The notes: a model not told the origin generated them from the letters alone. A stretch of 63,965 nucleotides of DNA, filler included, from Reticulomyxa filosa (GCA_000512085.1; 17 parts of 17 records of this genome joined end to end with filler, not necessarily neighbours in it), one strand, 5' to 3'; positions 48,754 to 62,250 are shown, counted from the first letter of the whole stretch. Program-made: numbers and translations.

Positions 48754-50738
48754 TTACATTGGAGAGGTTATTTTTCCAGGTGCTAAGTAGGTAGCAATTT
48801 TTTGTAACAAATCAGCATAGACCAAAGTATTGGCATGCATTCCCCAGATGAAATCACAGTGCGCAAAATCGTCAATGACAACATGCTCAATGAGTACATT
48901 TGGGGGCAGTTCACTGACCAACCGATCAACGTCTTTGGGATCGGCCAAGTAGTCGTTTCCTCCACTATACAAAGCACAAGGCACTGTAACATTGGCCAAG
49001 TAGTACAATGGTGGCTCAGGTGTTCCGTAATACTCTTCATTCTTTTCCTTCGATCCTTTTCATTGTTAGCAAACAATATGTTATTATTTGGAACAATCTA
49101 GCACTGTCACAAAAGACATTTTACAAAGTTTGTCACATACCATAGTCATACATTTCCCATTTATCGCGTCTTACACCTTGTGCCCTTTATGATATTGTTT
49201 GTGCACCACAAAATCATCCAAAACTAGTTTGTTTGTTTTTTTAAAAAAAATAAAAAAAGTATTGATTCGAAGAATATTACCAGTGTGCAATATTTTTGAC
49301 ACTTGTATCCGACGGTGCTTCACTGTAGTAAACTTCATATCTCGACACATTCAAATCCTTGGAAGGACCAAAGAGTTCTTCGCTGATTAAATTACACACT
49401 TCGGGGGTAGTGTGGCAAATTGGAGGAGCAAATACATGGGTGATCATACGGTTGATTTGTCCAGGTAAAAACTGACGAACACCAAACAGTTCAAAGATTT
49501 TGTCCAGTTCCAAAGCTGCCAACAAATCAATCACAAGCGATTTGCAGTTACCCACGTATGCAACCGGTGCTAATCCTCCAACTGTACGTATACATCCCCC
49601 CCGCGCAAATCCGACAATTTAAAAAAATAATAATTTTTTTTTTGGATTGCCACCTCCCTCCTCTCTGTCTCTCCTCTTAGATGACAAATTGGTTCAATTT
49701 TCAAATCCCTCTCATTTTGTTTGGTTTGAAGTTTTTACAAGACTAGAATCCACAACAACGACAAGCAAACAAGCAAACAAGCAGACAACAAAAAAATAAC
49801 ATATTGCAATTTTGGATTGCAATTCGTGCCGAGAGGTTGCCATCGCAAAGAACTGTGTTGTGCCTTCACTGTGTCCCACATACGCTAATTTGGATTGGTT
49901 TACGTATTCCAACACGTAGTTAATTTGAGCATAGGTATCATATTTTCCCATTTCATCATACCTTTTTTTTTTTTTTGTTACCAAAGGATTTTTTTTTTTA
50001 AGCAGTGCGAGGGTACGCAAGAAAGCCAAAAAAAAATTTTCTTCAAGAAGCGCACATATATATATAACGTAATGGTTCATGCGAAAATGTTATATGTACA
50101 AGTTAAAAAGCTACGTATATAGAACAGTATAAAGTCTTTACGAAACGTGAAATTCCAAAATTCAGCGGAACGGGCGGTATAAGTAACGTGGGCCTGGCTG
50201 AAATAATTGCCACGGTTGTTTCCCATCCAAACGTCATAGCCATTATCACTTAATATATAAGCCAAACTTTCGTTCTCAAAGTTATTCACCCACGTGAAGG
50301 ACGAGTCTTCTAATCCGTGTTGCAAAAATACCACTGGCTTGCCACTATTCAATGCACCTCTCGATTCTTTGCGAGAAAATGGAATGCGAAATACTCCCAA
50401 TATGTATCCGTCCTCTTTTTTTTTTTTTTAAAAAAAAGGTAATTTCGAAAACAAAAAGAAAAAAAAGTTATTTGAATTGTACCGGTTGTAACAAAGTGCT
50501 CTTCCAAAGGATAGCCTTTCTCTTCAACCAATCCTTGGATTTCTTTCTTTGAGTCGGGATCCAGACTGCTCGCATCGAAACGACCTTTCAATAGCAACAT
50601 TCTTTGTAATGATTCTATTGTCTTTTCTAAGTCACCAGTGGACTGCTTTGCAGCAATGTCCTTCCAGCTTTCCGGAGGATTAAAGTGGCTGACAGTTAAA
50701 GCCACCAAAGAGGCTGAAATGAGCAAGGAATGCAACAT
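48754..50738 (-). CDS. Lysosomal acid/gastric lipase-family triacylglycerol lipase, multi-exon, with signal peptide
   Basis: MLHSLLISASLVALT signal; KGYPLEEHFVTT, KPVVFLQHGLEDSSFTWV, SLAYILSDNGYDVWMGNNRGN, YVGHSEGTT (Ser), NDYLADPKDV (Asp), FAHCDFIWG (His). Confidence 0.95.
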
Positions 50739-50994
50739 CAAACGCTGTGGATATTTCTGTTTTTTTGAGAAAAAGAAACTACACAGTTTCCAGTTTGCAA
50801 AACTGCTGAATTTTAAAGCATGTAGATCAAAATTTATATTTCATATTTTTCATCGCTATCAACTAGTATTAAAAGATTATTTAATTTATTTTATTATCAG
50901 CTTATTTATAAGGTAAAGTAACACTATTTGGTTAGTGCTTTTAGAATGAAGTATATTACACATTACTTGATTTGAACTGAAAAAAAAGATTTTC

Positions 50995-51236
50995 TGTAGG
51001 GCAAGGCCCTAACAGTGTAAATGGAAGTTACTGCGTAACTCAGGAAACCCCTTTTTTACAGCAACTTACTTACCTTTTCTTCCAACTTCTCTTGTTATCT
51101 TGTTGTTGTTATTGTCGTTATTGTTTTGTATTCTTCTTTTATTTAAACAAATTTTGTTTTTGAAAGACTGCATAAAGAGCAACTATTCGTATTACACTTA
51201 ACATTTCAGTCTAGACATGCTAGTCAACTTACTACA
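50995..51236 (-). mobile_element. 242-bp TGTAG...CTACA element, copy 2 (inverted relative to copy 1)
   Basis: TGTAGGGCAAGGCCCTAACAGT...CAACTTACTACA; differs from copy 1 by substitutions and a longer TTG-rich middle. Confidence 0.8.
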
Positions 51237-52852
51237 TTCCCTTGATCAGATAAAAATCATTGAACAAAACATTTAAAATGCATTATATCGTCAGGCCATT
51301 GTTGAAAAATTAATAAAAAGAAAACAAAAAAGTGAAAAAATCAACAAAAACTTGTAGAAAATTATAATCAACAATAAGTGAAAAACTAAATTTCAAATAT
51401 TAATTAAAGTTTAAAATCTATCAAATGTATGCTAGATCAATCAACGTTGTAAAAACAATTTTATTTTCACTAGGATTGCTAGTTGTTATTACTGTATATA
51501 TTTTCAACTTAATCATCTTGTACTTTTTCGAATTATTGAAGTCTAACATAATATTGATATTCAATTAGCTTCCTTCAACAAATTAAAGCAAAACAAAAAT
51601 AACTTTTTCATATAGTTGTGTAAGAATCGCAATATATTGATATAATCTAAACAAAAATAATAAACAAAATATTTATACAACTTGATTAATCTCTTCTTTG
51701 TCAGAATTAGTGTTTCTTGTGTATCTTAATGTATTTTGTACAATTGTAGACATTTCAATAATGTTCTTAAAAATATAATACTATATATTATTATCAATAG
51801 CTTTGACAATGTCGTTTGTTTATGATTATATGTTTCGACTGTTTGTTTTTGAGACTTCACTTATGTATTGTAGACCTGACATTACGCGATATCGCAATAT
51901 GAATATTCTGAAATGAATTCTTTTCTTTAAATATTTATTTGTTAATGCTTTCTCCAGCAATGGTATTGTGACGAAAATCGTTTAAAATTTTGAAGTTACA
52001 AATAATGCTATATGTTTATCTAGATGTTTATATCATCAATTTGCTTCAAAATAAAACTTTTTTGCAAAAATTATATATAGAACATGTCAAGAATAAATTT
52101 TTTTTGTTTGCAAATCGAGCAATCGTACCGCATTTAAGCTAAGTCCGCTACAAATCTCGCTTATTATAACGTAATGACTAAAAACAACGTATACTAACAT
52201 ATCAGAAATCCAAGTGAACGTCAAAACCCCCTTTATTCTGGTTCACACTCACCCCAGTCTTTTATTCTTTTTAGTTTTGCTTGTTTGTTTTAGATCATTA
52301 TTTAACAAATTTCGTTTTGTTGAAAGTTTGCTCAGGAGAGCTAATCAACTTTCGTATTACACTTTGTGCAGCTCTTTTCAGCAGACATTCCACAACAATA
52401 ATATTTTATTGCGTTATCAAAAGAGTCATATTTTCCTTGAATAGATTTTTTGGAGGTGGCCATGCGGTAACATAAACTAATGAAACCAACACTTTTTTTA
52501 AGCTAAAACGCGGCATCATAAACAATTACACCACAGAAACGGTGACGTTCAAACGAACTGTTTTATCAGATGTGAAAAGTGTAAACAAGACTTTGTTTGC
52601 AAAAATTTTCTTTCCATTAAAACGCACCCACATTCGAAACAACAATCAATCTTAAGCAAACAAAAAACCCCAAAAATTTGATTGATGTTGTTCTAAATTT
52701 TCATAAGAAGTTGTGTTGGTTTTCTTGTTGAACAAATGTCACTCAAATTGCAAAGTTTGAGGGCCTTGACCATTTAAAAATTAGTAACAAAATCTCAAAA
52801 AAAAAAAAAAAAAAGACAGTCCTAATTCGTCCAGTCCAACAATACATTTGCT

Positions 52853-55797
52853 TTATTTGGATTCACGAGCTATATTTTCAGTGTTATTGTCTCCAGGGAT
52901 CCACTTGTTTAATTGTTGTTGAATTGCGCTGTTGGCAGCACTGTAGGCCATAGCGAATGCTGTGTTGTTATCTGAGGCACTCAGTCCTTGTGCGGGTGTA
53001 GGCTGGTTTAATCCTAATCCTCCCATGTTATTGGTTATGCCAGTCATCCCCAAACCACCCAATCCAGAGGGATGGGTAGATGTTGCGTTCATTCCTCGTC
53101 CCAAAAGAGCATTTGTGACTAATGCGTTGCCATGGATTAGTGACAAAGGATTTAAGTTACTGGCAAGCTGAGCGACCGCCAGAGCCTGTCCAAGTGCTCG
53201 ATGATTGGCTGCCAATACCGTTTCACAGCGTTTTCTTGCAATTTCATTTTCGTTTAATGCATTGGGATCAGACATTTGTCCTTCATTTTTGTTGGGTTCT
53301 ACTAATATCCATGCAAATCCGTTCCAAATTCGGTCAGGCTTTTTCTTCTCTTTGTCTTGGCTGTTTACATGTATAATTTAAAAAATAATATACATAATAT
53401 ACATATTACATTTTCAGTTTGTTTGTCAGAAATCATTTGGCTAATCAAAAGGATATTAAAAATGAGAATGAATGGCACTCAACGCTTTTTTGTTAGGATC
53501 ATTTGTTTCTTGAGGAGATTTAGATTTATGTTTGGACTCGCTTCGTGTTCTCGAACGCGATACTGAGCGATGGTCGTAATAGCGACTACGATAGTAATGA
53601 TCATCTTTGTAATTTCTGCGTCGATATCGACTGTATGAATCTGAGCGGGATCTGCTTCTACGGTTTCTGCGCGAACGAGATCTCCTTTTTACACGACGGT
53701 TTCTACTTCTGCTTCGACTGCGATTTTTTCGGTCTCTATCTTTGTCTCGGTCTCTATCTTTTCCACTTTTGTGTCGACGTCTCTTTTCCTCTCGCGATCG
53801 AGATCGGGACTTGGATTTAGAATTAGAACGTGAACGAGAGCGAGATCGGGACCGAGAATGCGATTTTTTTTTTTTCTCTTTTTCCTTTCCATTAGTCCCA
53901 TTTTCTTGCATTTCTACGTCCTTGCTTTTCCCAACATCCGTTTGCTTATCTTCTGCATTGGGAGCCGCTCCATCATCCTGAGCGGTATTATTGTGCCCGT
54001 TATTGTGTTCACTTAATTTTATTCGTCAGTCGTCAAAACATGCAATCCAAAACGAAAAAAAATAAAAAACACAACGTGAATTTGAGTTTGTTAATCCTTT
54101 CTTGTTTTTTGTTTTTTTGACATACACATGTCATTGCACACGTATTAAGTCAAAAGTAAAACCCAAATGACATTATCAGCAGTAGCCGAATCACACTACG
54201 TCTATTAAATGATCAAAAAAAAAATATAAAAGATTTGCATATATTTTTATCATTCGCAGTGGAAAAAACAAAGTCAAATCTTATTTTGATTTTGTAGTTT
54301 TAGTTCTATTGTTTGTCTTTGCACCATTGAAAAGTATCCCCTTTGGACGAAACAAAATTGAGTGAAGGGAAGACACAACAGCAAAAAAAAAAAAAAAAAA
54401 GCTTCCATGGAAAGCTGAGACAAGAGCAAAAGATGGACATTTTTTAAAGTGTGCAAATGTGGAAGCCTTTTTTTTTAAATATAAGTTTGTTCAAAAAGAG
54501 CACGACTAAACTTATACTTAGACTCAAGTTTTTGTGCAATTGACTTGACTTTGGCTAATGGGTCAGGTTTCTGTGACAAAGAAAAGAGACGAGGGGGGAA
54601 AAAAAAATCCTGACAAAGTGACAAAATGAAAAAAATAATTTAATTTTCACAAAGATCAAACGAAACGGTAGCTTCTGGGAAAAGCACAGGTGGGCCGCTC
54701 CATTTGGGAGGGTCTGGATTGCGAATAGGACTGCTTGCTGGACATATCTTAACTTGACGATCAAATAACATTTGCCCATTCAGATTCAAGGCAGTTCGTG
54801 CTTCTTCGACATTGTCAAATTCGACAAAAGCATATCGTACTTCCTAACATCAATTTAAAAGCAAATAATCTCAACTCGGATGACTGTTCAATCCAAAAAA
54901 AAAAAAAACACAAACACAACACAAATTGCAAAGAGATGCTTAACAACAGTGCCAGCAAATTTGAAATGTTTGACACGACCAACACTTTTCAAAAACTCTC
55001 GCAAGTGTTCCTCTTGAATGATTGGATTTAAATTACCCACATAAATAGTACATTGCAGTTTCTTTTGCTCCTCTTTTTCTTCTTCCGACAGTTCTTTCGG
55101 CTGTTCCAACGCGGCACTGACTTGGCGAATTGTTTCGTCAATTGTGCTCTCTGTGTCCGCCGTTTTCGACAATACTTTCAACGCTTTGCTATATTGTGGT
55201 TCTAATGTCGACATCCCTTCTTCTGGACCTGAGTTTGCTGACTTTTCTGGAGTTGTTTCTTTCGCCTATTTTTAAAAACGCAATTAATTTTTTTTTAAAT
55301 CGTCATTTTTTTTTTTTATCGTTACAAAGTATACGTCTTTTTTATTTTGTCCCATAGGGTTTTTTTTATGTTGCGTAAAGTAGGTGCGGCTTTTCGCATC
55401 AAATGTTTGCAAGTTCATGACGAATGAGGTGGAGAGAAGGGAGTGAATTTTTTTTTTTAGTTGAAGACACAAAACAAACTTGTGCATGATACTCCCAGAC
55501 AGAATCATTGATTGGTGTGATTTTCAAACGGTTTCCGTCAAATTCTTGCCCATTCAACATTTCTGCTGCTTGGACCATCTCTGGTCTTGCGTAACGTATA
55601 ATACAAACCCGCCCTTTGCCAAAAATAAACTTTATAATCAAATCTTCAATTTCACCAACAATTCCAAACACTTCACGCAAATGAGATGGGTTTAATCCCA
55701 GACTGAGATTGCAAATTTCAATAGTGCGGTGGTTTGCTAAGTCCTCTCCAGATGTTTTGTTTGTATTATCATTTGAAGAGCCAGGTTCCCCAGCCAT
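52853..55797 (-). CDS. RRM + RS-domain splicing factor (SR-related), multi-exon
   Basis: RRM1 RTIEICNLSLGLNPSHLREVFGIVGEI..MLNGQEFDGNRLKI; RRM2 CTIYVGNLNPIIQEEHLREFLKSVGRVKHFKFAG; long RS/RD tract at 53456-53911. Confidence 0.85.
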
Positions 55798-56171
55798 TGT
55801 ATTTGTTCTCCTTGTGTGTATATATATATAACAACTGCGACTAAAAAAAGGGAGAAAAGTAACGGAAAAGATCCTGCTGCTCAAAGTTAAAGTGAACACA
55901 AGCGCAAAGCCTATCCAATTGTAAGAAAAGAAATGTTGCATAAAATAAAAAACAAGAGAAATTTAGAGTGTAAAATGTAAACAAAAAACTTGATGAAAAG
56001 TGTGGAATATTTTTTAAAAAACTTGAAAAGCACGGGAGGGAAAAAAATCTTTTGAAATGCATAATCTTTCAGTAGCTTGCAAAATTTGATATAAATTTAT
56101 TTTGGGATGTTGTTTTGATATTTAAAAAACAAGATCGAACAAAAATAACGAGTAGTATAACAGCACTAAAA
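55798..56171. promoter_or_regulatory. Putative bidirectional promoter region
   Basis: 374-bp AT-rich gap between divergent start codons at 55797 (-) and 56172 (+); no specific motif identified. Confidence 0.4.
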
Positions 56172-56840
56172 ATGGATGGAAAAAGTGAACGAAGTGAGGA
56201 GAACGAAAAGGCAGGAGCAGAAGAGCAAGAAGTGAAAAAAATAGAGCAGAATTGGATTGACGAGTATCATGAAAAGCAGAAAGAATTGAACACATTGTCG
56301 CGAATCGATTTGAAAGAATTTGAGAAATCAACACGGAGTGTATCGTACACGTCATTGATGGAAGCAAAGCTATGGCGCGACAGTAATGAGGAGTTGATGA
56401 TTCCATTGGTATATTGGAGCAAGGCACCGCACCACCACATCACAGCGATGTGTGTAGAGAAGTCGAAGCGAAGTGGTCCAATTCTAATTACTGGGAGTGC
56501 ACATGGAGAGTTGATCCTCTGGCGAGAATGGACGGATGAAAACAAAGAGGAAGCAAGTGATTATTCGCAATCTACCACCGCCACCACCACCACCACCACA
56601 GCAACAACAACAACAACGATAAAAACGACAATGAACTCAAGAGAGATTATTGTGAACAAACAGCCAAAAAAAAAGGGGGCGAAGAGTCTTCCAAGAATGC
56701 AAATGGCCACGCCAGCCAATCGACCGCCAATCGCATTGTCGAAAAATGGGTTCCCATTGCAATGTCTTTTTCCACCAACACTTCACCGATTGTTTCCATA
56801 CTGGGCGAATTCCAGCACAAAGAGCAAGGCTCATTTTTAG
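56172..56840 (+). CDS. N-terminus of a WDR7/rabconnectin-3beta-like WD40 protein (3'-truncated)
   Basis: IPLVYWSKAPHHHITAMCV..ILITGSAHGELILW resembles the WDR7 start (LPIVLWGxxAPTHCIS..IVTGCxDGQICLW); probable homopolymer slip near 56670. Confidence 0.6.
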   Translation: MDGKSERSEENEKAGAEEQEVKKIEQNWIDEYHEKQKELNTLSRIDLKEFEKSTRSVSYTSLMEAKLWRDSNEELMIPLVYWSKAPHHHITAMCVEKSKRSGPILITGSAHGELILWREWTDENKEEASDYSQSTTATTTTTTATTTTTIKTTMNSREIIVNKQPKKKGAKSLPRMQMATPANRPPIALSKNGFPLQCLFPPTLHRLFPYWANSSTKSKAHF

Positions 56841-57072
56841 GTTTGATATTTGTGTGTGTGTGTGTGTGTNNNNNNNNNNNNNNNNNNNNNNNNNNNNNNN
56901 NNNNNNNNNNNNNTTAATTAATTAANNNNNNNNNNNNNNNNNNNNNNNNNNNNNNNNNNNNNNNNNNNNTATATATATGCATATGTTCATATGTATATGC
57001 ATATATTTTATTTTATTTTCATACAGTTAATTATATAAACATACACGTTATATACAACAAATGTTATATATT

Positions 57073-57631
57073 GCATATAACATGTATGTACATCAAATTA
57101 AAATGGAACAACATAGAGACTTTATTCAGGCTTTGACAGTAATGGAACAATTGCTGAAAAGTGGAATTGAACCCAATGATGTGATGCTGCGATATATGTC
57201 GTTGATTCCGACTCATTGCAGCATGGAGCGTGAAATGGTAATGTTGGATCGATGGATGGTCCGACTCGACATAATTCCGTCGTTGAGTTATTTGGAGGGG
57301 ATAATAACAGCAAGCGCTCGACGTCTGCACGTCGAGTACCACAAATTCGAGCACCACTACAACGACCAAAGGCTGCCTCTGTCTCCTCGAAGTGAATTTA
57401 GCTCATATGACCAAGACTCGGTTGACGCCTATCCGTATACCCACTCCTTAAATTGCGCGCCCGAGTCTTTCTTTGACTACTATTTGACGGATCTGCCCAA
57501 ACGCATTTTGTTCATTTGCCAGTGCAAGTCGTGCAAACGCCAGTTGAGTGGAGAGGAAATCATTGCAGGATTTGATAACTATAAGCAATTGAAGGTATGT
57601 ATCTACGCAGTCTGTACATTACGTATATACA

Positions 57632-57664
<33 letters not shown>

Positions 57665-57890
57665 TTATGTTTACGTATCCCTTTGTCTTCATTTTTTTTC
57701 AATAACAACAACAACAACAACAATGAATAAAGGAATGCACCTTAAATTTGAAAAAATCCAGCAATACCGATAAAATCATGGAATTGGCCGGACTAAAGCC
57801 GTCGCAACCAGCAGCACCGCAGATTGCTGCCAATATTTCGCGTCCGCAATCCAAATGGGCTACCGTGTGTCCTTTTTGCATGTCAGGTAA
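57073..57890 (+). CDS. Internal fragment resembling the DENND4/Crag C-terminal region (PPR-like helix plus Cys module)
   Basis: ALTVMEQLLKSGIEPNDV (PPR-like), CQCKSCKRQLSGEEIIAGF and ATVCPFC, similar to DENND4 CxxC..LYDEEIMAGW..TxCPFC. Confidence 0.55.
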
Positions 57891-58832
57891 GCTCGCGAGA
57901 AAAAAAAAGATGATGGACGATAACACCGGACTTTGGAATCTTTTTTTTTTTTTTTATTGTGTAAAAATCAGAAACTGTGGCGACTTTGGNNNNNNNNNNN
58001 NNNNNNNNNNNNNNNNNNNNNNNNNNNNNNNNNTTAATTAATTAANNNNNNNNNNNNNNNNNNNNNNNNNNNNNNNNNNNNNNNNNNNNAAAAAAATTTA
58101 CACACTTAATCATTAATATTAACTCTTCTTAAAAAGTAGTATTTTGAAAGAGATTGCAGTTGGAAATGTTAACATACTTCTACATCTCTTAATTTTTGAA
58201 GGAGATTTCAAAAGTCAAGTCTTGGCCAAGAAAATTTCGGACTAAGAAAGAAAGAAAATTCTTAACTAGTAAAAATTTTTTTATAGTGATATATAAATTT
58301 TTTTTTTATAGTAGTTGGATTTTGTGAGATTGTGGTATAGTGTGGCTTTAACATTTTTGTTACCCTTTGGTAACGTTTTTTGTTACAGTTCATTTTTGGG
58401 GGGTTTCGTCGTCGGTTCAGCATCTGGAAGTGCTTTTAAACTTAACGCGTATCTTGTCATCATTTGCTTTAAGCGTACCGAGGTGCAAATTACTGGTAAC
58501 TGAGATGATAGCTCTTTTACTGGCAACGGGCGATTTGTGTGAGATAGTACCGATCATTGTTTAGCCTTAAGAGTGTTCGACGCTTTCAGGGAAATTAGCA
58601 TTCTCGAGGCAAATACCAGTCTTTTGTGTTTGGCAGAACTCTGAGGGTCGGGTAACTTCTATTGAACATCGGGCAAAACAGAAACTCACTCGCTGATAAC
58701 AAGGCTTGTGAAGGCGATCCGGACGGTCGATGCAAGGTGTTTTTACCCCAATAGGATCTACTGCAAGCCATGTTGGGACAAAATACCCTACATAGAATAT
58801 GATCAAGCATCCGATCTAATGGTAAGGCAGAC

Positions 58833-60570
58833 ATGTTAACTACACTTACGAACATGTCTGACTCTAGTGAGTCATTTGCTGCTGGTATATATAATGGTAT
58901 TGGAAATGGAATTGGTCATGGTATTGATATTCCAAATTCCAGACTATCAAATTTCCAAGATTATGGAATGACGAGGCAGCAAAATAAGATGGATGTTGAT
59001 AATAACAAGATTAAAAGGAAAAGGAAAGCACCAGATGGCGGATTAATAAATAAAGAAGTGAAGAAGGCAAAGCATTCTCACTAAGCATTGCAAGTTGTTG
59101 TGTCAAGTTCAAATGCACAACACAATGAAGAAAAGAAAACAGATGATATTACATTTGAGAACGTATGAAAAAAACTCGACAACAATTTCTTTGCTCCAGA
59201 GTTCCAACGATTGTAGTCACTCCAATCAAATCCAAAGAACTTAGATTAGCAACATCAGTGATTAAGTTCCTTGGATTAAGGGACAAGAATGCATTGTCCG
59301 GAAAAGTATTATTAGCACATACATTTCTGGAAATTTCAGAACATTATTTATTCATTTTGTGGTTGATGTTAATGAGCAGCAATTAATGCAACTTGCTCAA
59401 AATTTCAATAAATCAAAAATGGACAAATGGAACAAAAGGACGGAAAACAAAGAATTGTAAGGCAGCCAAGATGTGATATTTATCGTAAAACATTTGCTTC
59501 TGAACAAAAGAAAAGATGAGAAGAAGCAGTGATTAATCCTGAAGTGAACAGTAGTCCTGCTTCGTGGTATATCAATTCACGAAAGCGACAATGATATTAA
59601 GGAGACGATTATAGATATTAAATACAAAAATTAAACGATTACATAAGATGCCAATTGTGAAAGTGATGCTATCCAAGACTGAAGATGTCATTAAAATACT
59701 AAAAGACATTCAGAAACCATTCGATAAAAACAAATCAAGACCAAAGTCGCATTTCAAGCAATGCAGAAACTGCTATAGATTGAACCATATTGCTCGTGAA
59801 TGCACAAAGAAACACAAAGTGTGCAAGTATTGCGGATTGGCTAACCACGAAACAGCAAAATGCAGAAATAAGAATGACCCAAGTAAACACAAATATGTGT
59901 TATGTCGTGGACAATATCCAAGTGATTCTGTGCAGTGTGAAGTGATTCGCAAAGACAGAGAAAAGCTTGGAATCAAATTAACAAGGAAGGAAGATGTATC
60001 TCTGAAGAAAAAAGATCTCAAACAATTCCTATTAAATCAAATGTGCAGCAACAAGCCAAGAATTACTCTTATACTGATGCTGCGAAAGGACAAAGACTAA
60101 ATGGAAATGAAAACAGAATGGTCCACAAAAACAAAAAAAAAGATCAATAGAAAGAAGAATAAGAGAAATATTAGCAACGATCAAAGACAAAAGAATGCAA
60201 AATCTAATGCTGATGAAATCTTATCGCTAAGACGTGAATTGGCAGAGATGAAATCGGCATTCCAACAATTACAATCCTTCTTGCAATCAATTAATCCAGT
60301 ATTGATTTAGATGGGGATTGGAAATCGATCAAGAGATGAAATTAGTTCAATAAGAAAATGGATCTATGATCGGTAGCATATTGGTATTCCAGAATAATAT
60401 CAACGGATTCTATTCTAAGCTCAAATATTAGAGCAGCCCCATATCTGTTTATTGCAAGGATTTAGATCAAAGAAGAAGGATATCGATCATAATTTCCAGT
60501 ATCTTTATGTTCATCACTGGAGTGAGACTGGATACATTTAATGTATTTGGTTATGAATCGTGTTGGGTGA
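58833..60570 (+). mobile_element. Degraded non-LTR retrotransposon (LINE): ORF1 with CCHC knuckles and start of the APE endonuclease
   Basis: QCRNCYRLNHIAREC, CKYCGLANHETAKC and a third decayed knuckle, then a basic/coiled-coil tail. At about 60378 ILVFQNNINGFYSKLK..PHICLLQ matches APE motifs I and II. Many stops and frameshifts. Confidence 0.85.
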
Positions 60571-60844
60571 NNNNNNNNNNNNNNNNNNNNNNNNNNNNNN
60601 NNNNNNNNNNNNNNTTAATTAATTAANNNNNNNNNNNNNNNNNNNNNNNNNNNNNNNNNNNNNNNNNNNNTATATGGTGGATTTGCTACTTTTTTGGAAG
60701 GTGTTTGAGGCCTTAGTGGAATCGGTCTTCGCTGGTGGATTTGTGTTGTACCGCCTGCTAGGATCTATTTGCTGTTGCTGCTTTATCCTATTTTGTATTC
60801 GAGTGTACCATCACTGGATGGAATTTTATTTTGTGTATCTGTGA

Positions 60845-61420
60845 TTATATCTTGGGTCTCTTGGTTGCTTTTACAGTCATCGATCGCGGTTGTCTGAGCA
60901 ACGTGTCGGGTATTGAGGTAAGAAAGTAATGGTCATGTGTGTGCGTACGTAATTTCGCAAATTGAGTTGGTTTGGTTGGAAGTGGAATCGAAGAAGCTGG
61001 ATCGAAGATTTCAAGGCATGGGATTTGTTCAAGTGGTTGTATTGTCAGGTCTGGCGAGGGATTCAGCTGCGGATCAGGTGAAATCGAATCAAACGCATGG
61101 ATTTTGTTGGTACTAAGTGCCGAATGCAATTGGATATGAACATCATTACAATGACCATTGTTTTGGAATGTTTCTTTGACCACAGGTAAGATTGGTGTAT
61201 CTCTAGATATGGGAATGTGTCTTTCGGGTGATTTTTTTCTATTTTTTGTGTGTGTTTGTGTTATATGGCTTGTGGGTTCTTCTTCAGTCTCCAAGTTTTC
61301 CATTGGCCGGATGGGAGACAAGAAAGAAGTCGACAACACGATTTTATCTTTTTTGGATTTGTTATTATTATTGGAGGAATTTTCGTTCGACAAAGTAACA
61401 TCGTCTATCACTATGACCAT
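60845..61420 (-). other. Pro/Ser/Thr-rich ORF of unknown nature, possibly a repeat-element remnant
   Basis: 191-aa ORF on an intron-free small contig; neighbouring frames are broken; no motif recognised. Confidence 0.3.
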
Positions 61421-61844
61421 TTCGATTTCTTTCTCTGGTGTATTGGTGTTTGACTAATGTAATATTCTAAAGACTTGTGTGGCATTTCATCTCGTTAGAG
61501 ATAGTTGGATAAAAGCGCGAGTAAGAGCACAATATGTGATCATGCGCTGCTTGTTCTACCCGGCGAGAATATAGTGACAATTTTGGAATTCCGACTTTGA
61601 CACGATATCTTTTCTTATTTCGTAAGAATTTTCCGTCGTCGAGCCCGTCCGCGTGTTTGGCGCGATCGTTGGTCGTTTTATCGGATGATAACTCCGATGG
61701 ACATTCATTACATAGTACTGTGTTCGTTGTCTTGCTTGGCCACTNNNNNNNNNNNNNNNNNNNNNNNNNNNNNNNNNNNNNNNNNNNNTTAATTAATTAA
61801 NNNNNNNNNNNNNNNNNNNNNNNNNNNNNNNNNNNNNNNNNNNN

Positions 61845-62250
61845 CATTCTGACATTCCTGGGAATAATCAAGCAAGATTCAGAGCCGAAATGGATCAACC
61901 AGATATGTATCGCAGGCCAGATAAATCAGCTCTGTTTCTGAACATGCAGGGCCTAAATCCATTTTTCACTTCCGAATGAATAGACACTGGACCAACGAAG
62001 GAAATGAGATGATGCCACATCGACATCCGAAGAGATTTTTACGTGACTTAATCAATGCACAGTCATTTGAAAAGATTGTTCTGCACAAATTAGAAGTGCA
62101 TGAAAGCAAAATAGTGTGCCGAATTATCACAGGCAAAGTGGGATTAAATGGATACTTGTTCAAGATTAAAAGATCATACACTCCATACTGCAGGGTGTGA
62201 AGAAGAAGAAAGGGCAAAAAGAGTGCATGTTGAGGATGAAGCGATAGAGT
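61845..62250 (+). mobile_element. 3' part of LINE ORF2 (region before the C-terminal zinc finger), degraded
   Basis: SKIVCRIITGKVGLNGYLFKIKRSYTPYCRV matches the RLxTGHxxLNxYLxKIxxxxxPxCxxC motif of LINE ORF2 C-termini; stops follow. Confidence 0.75.
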
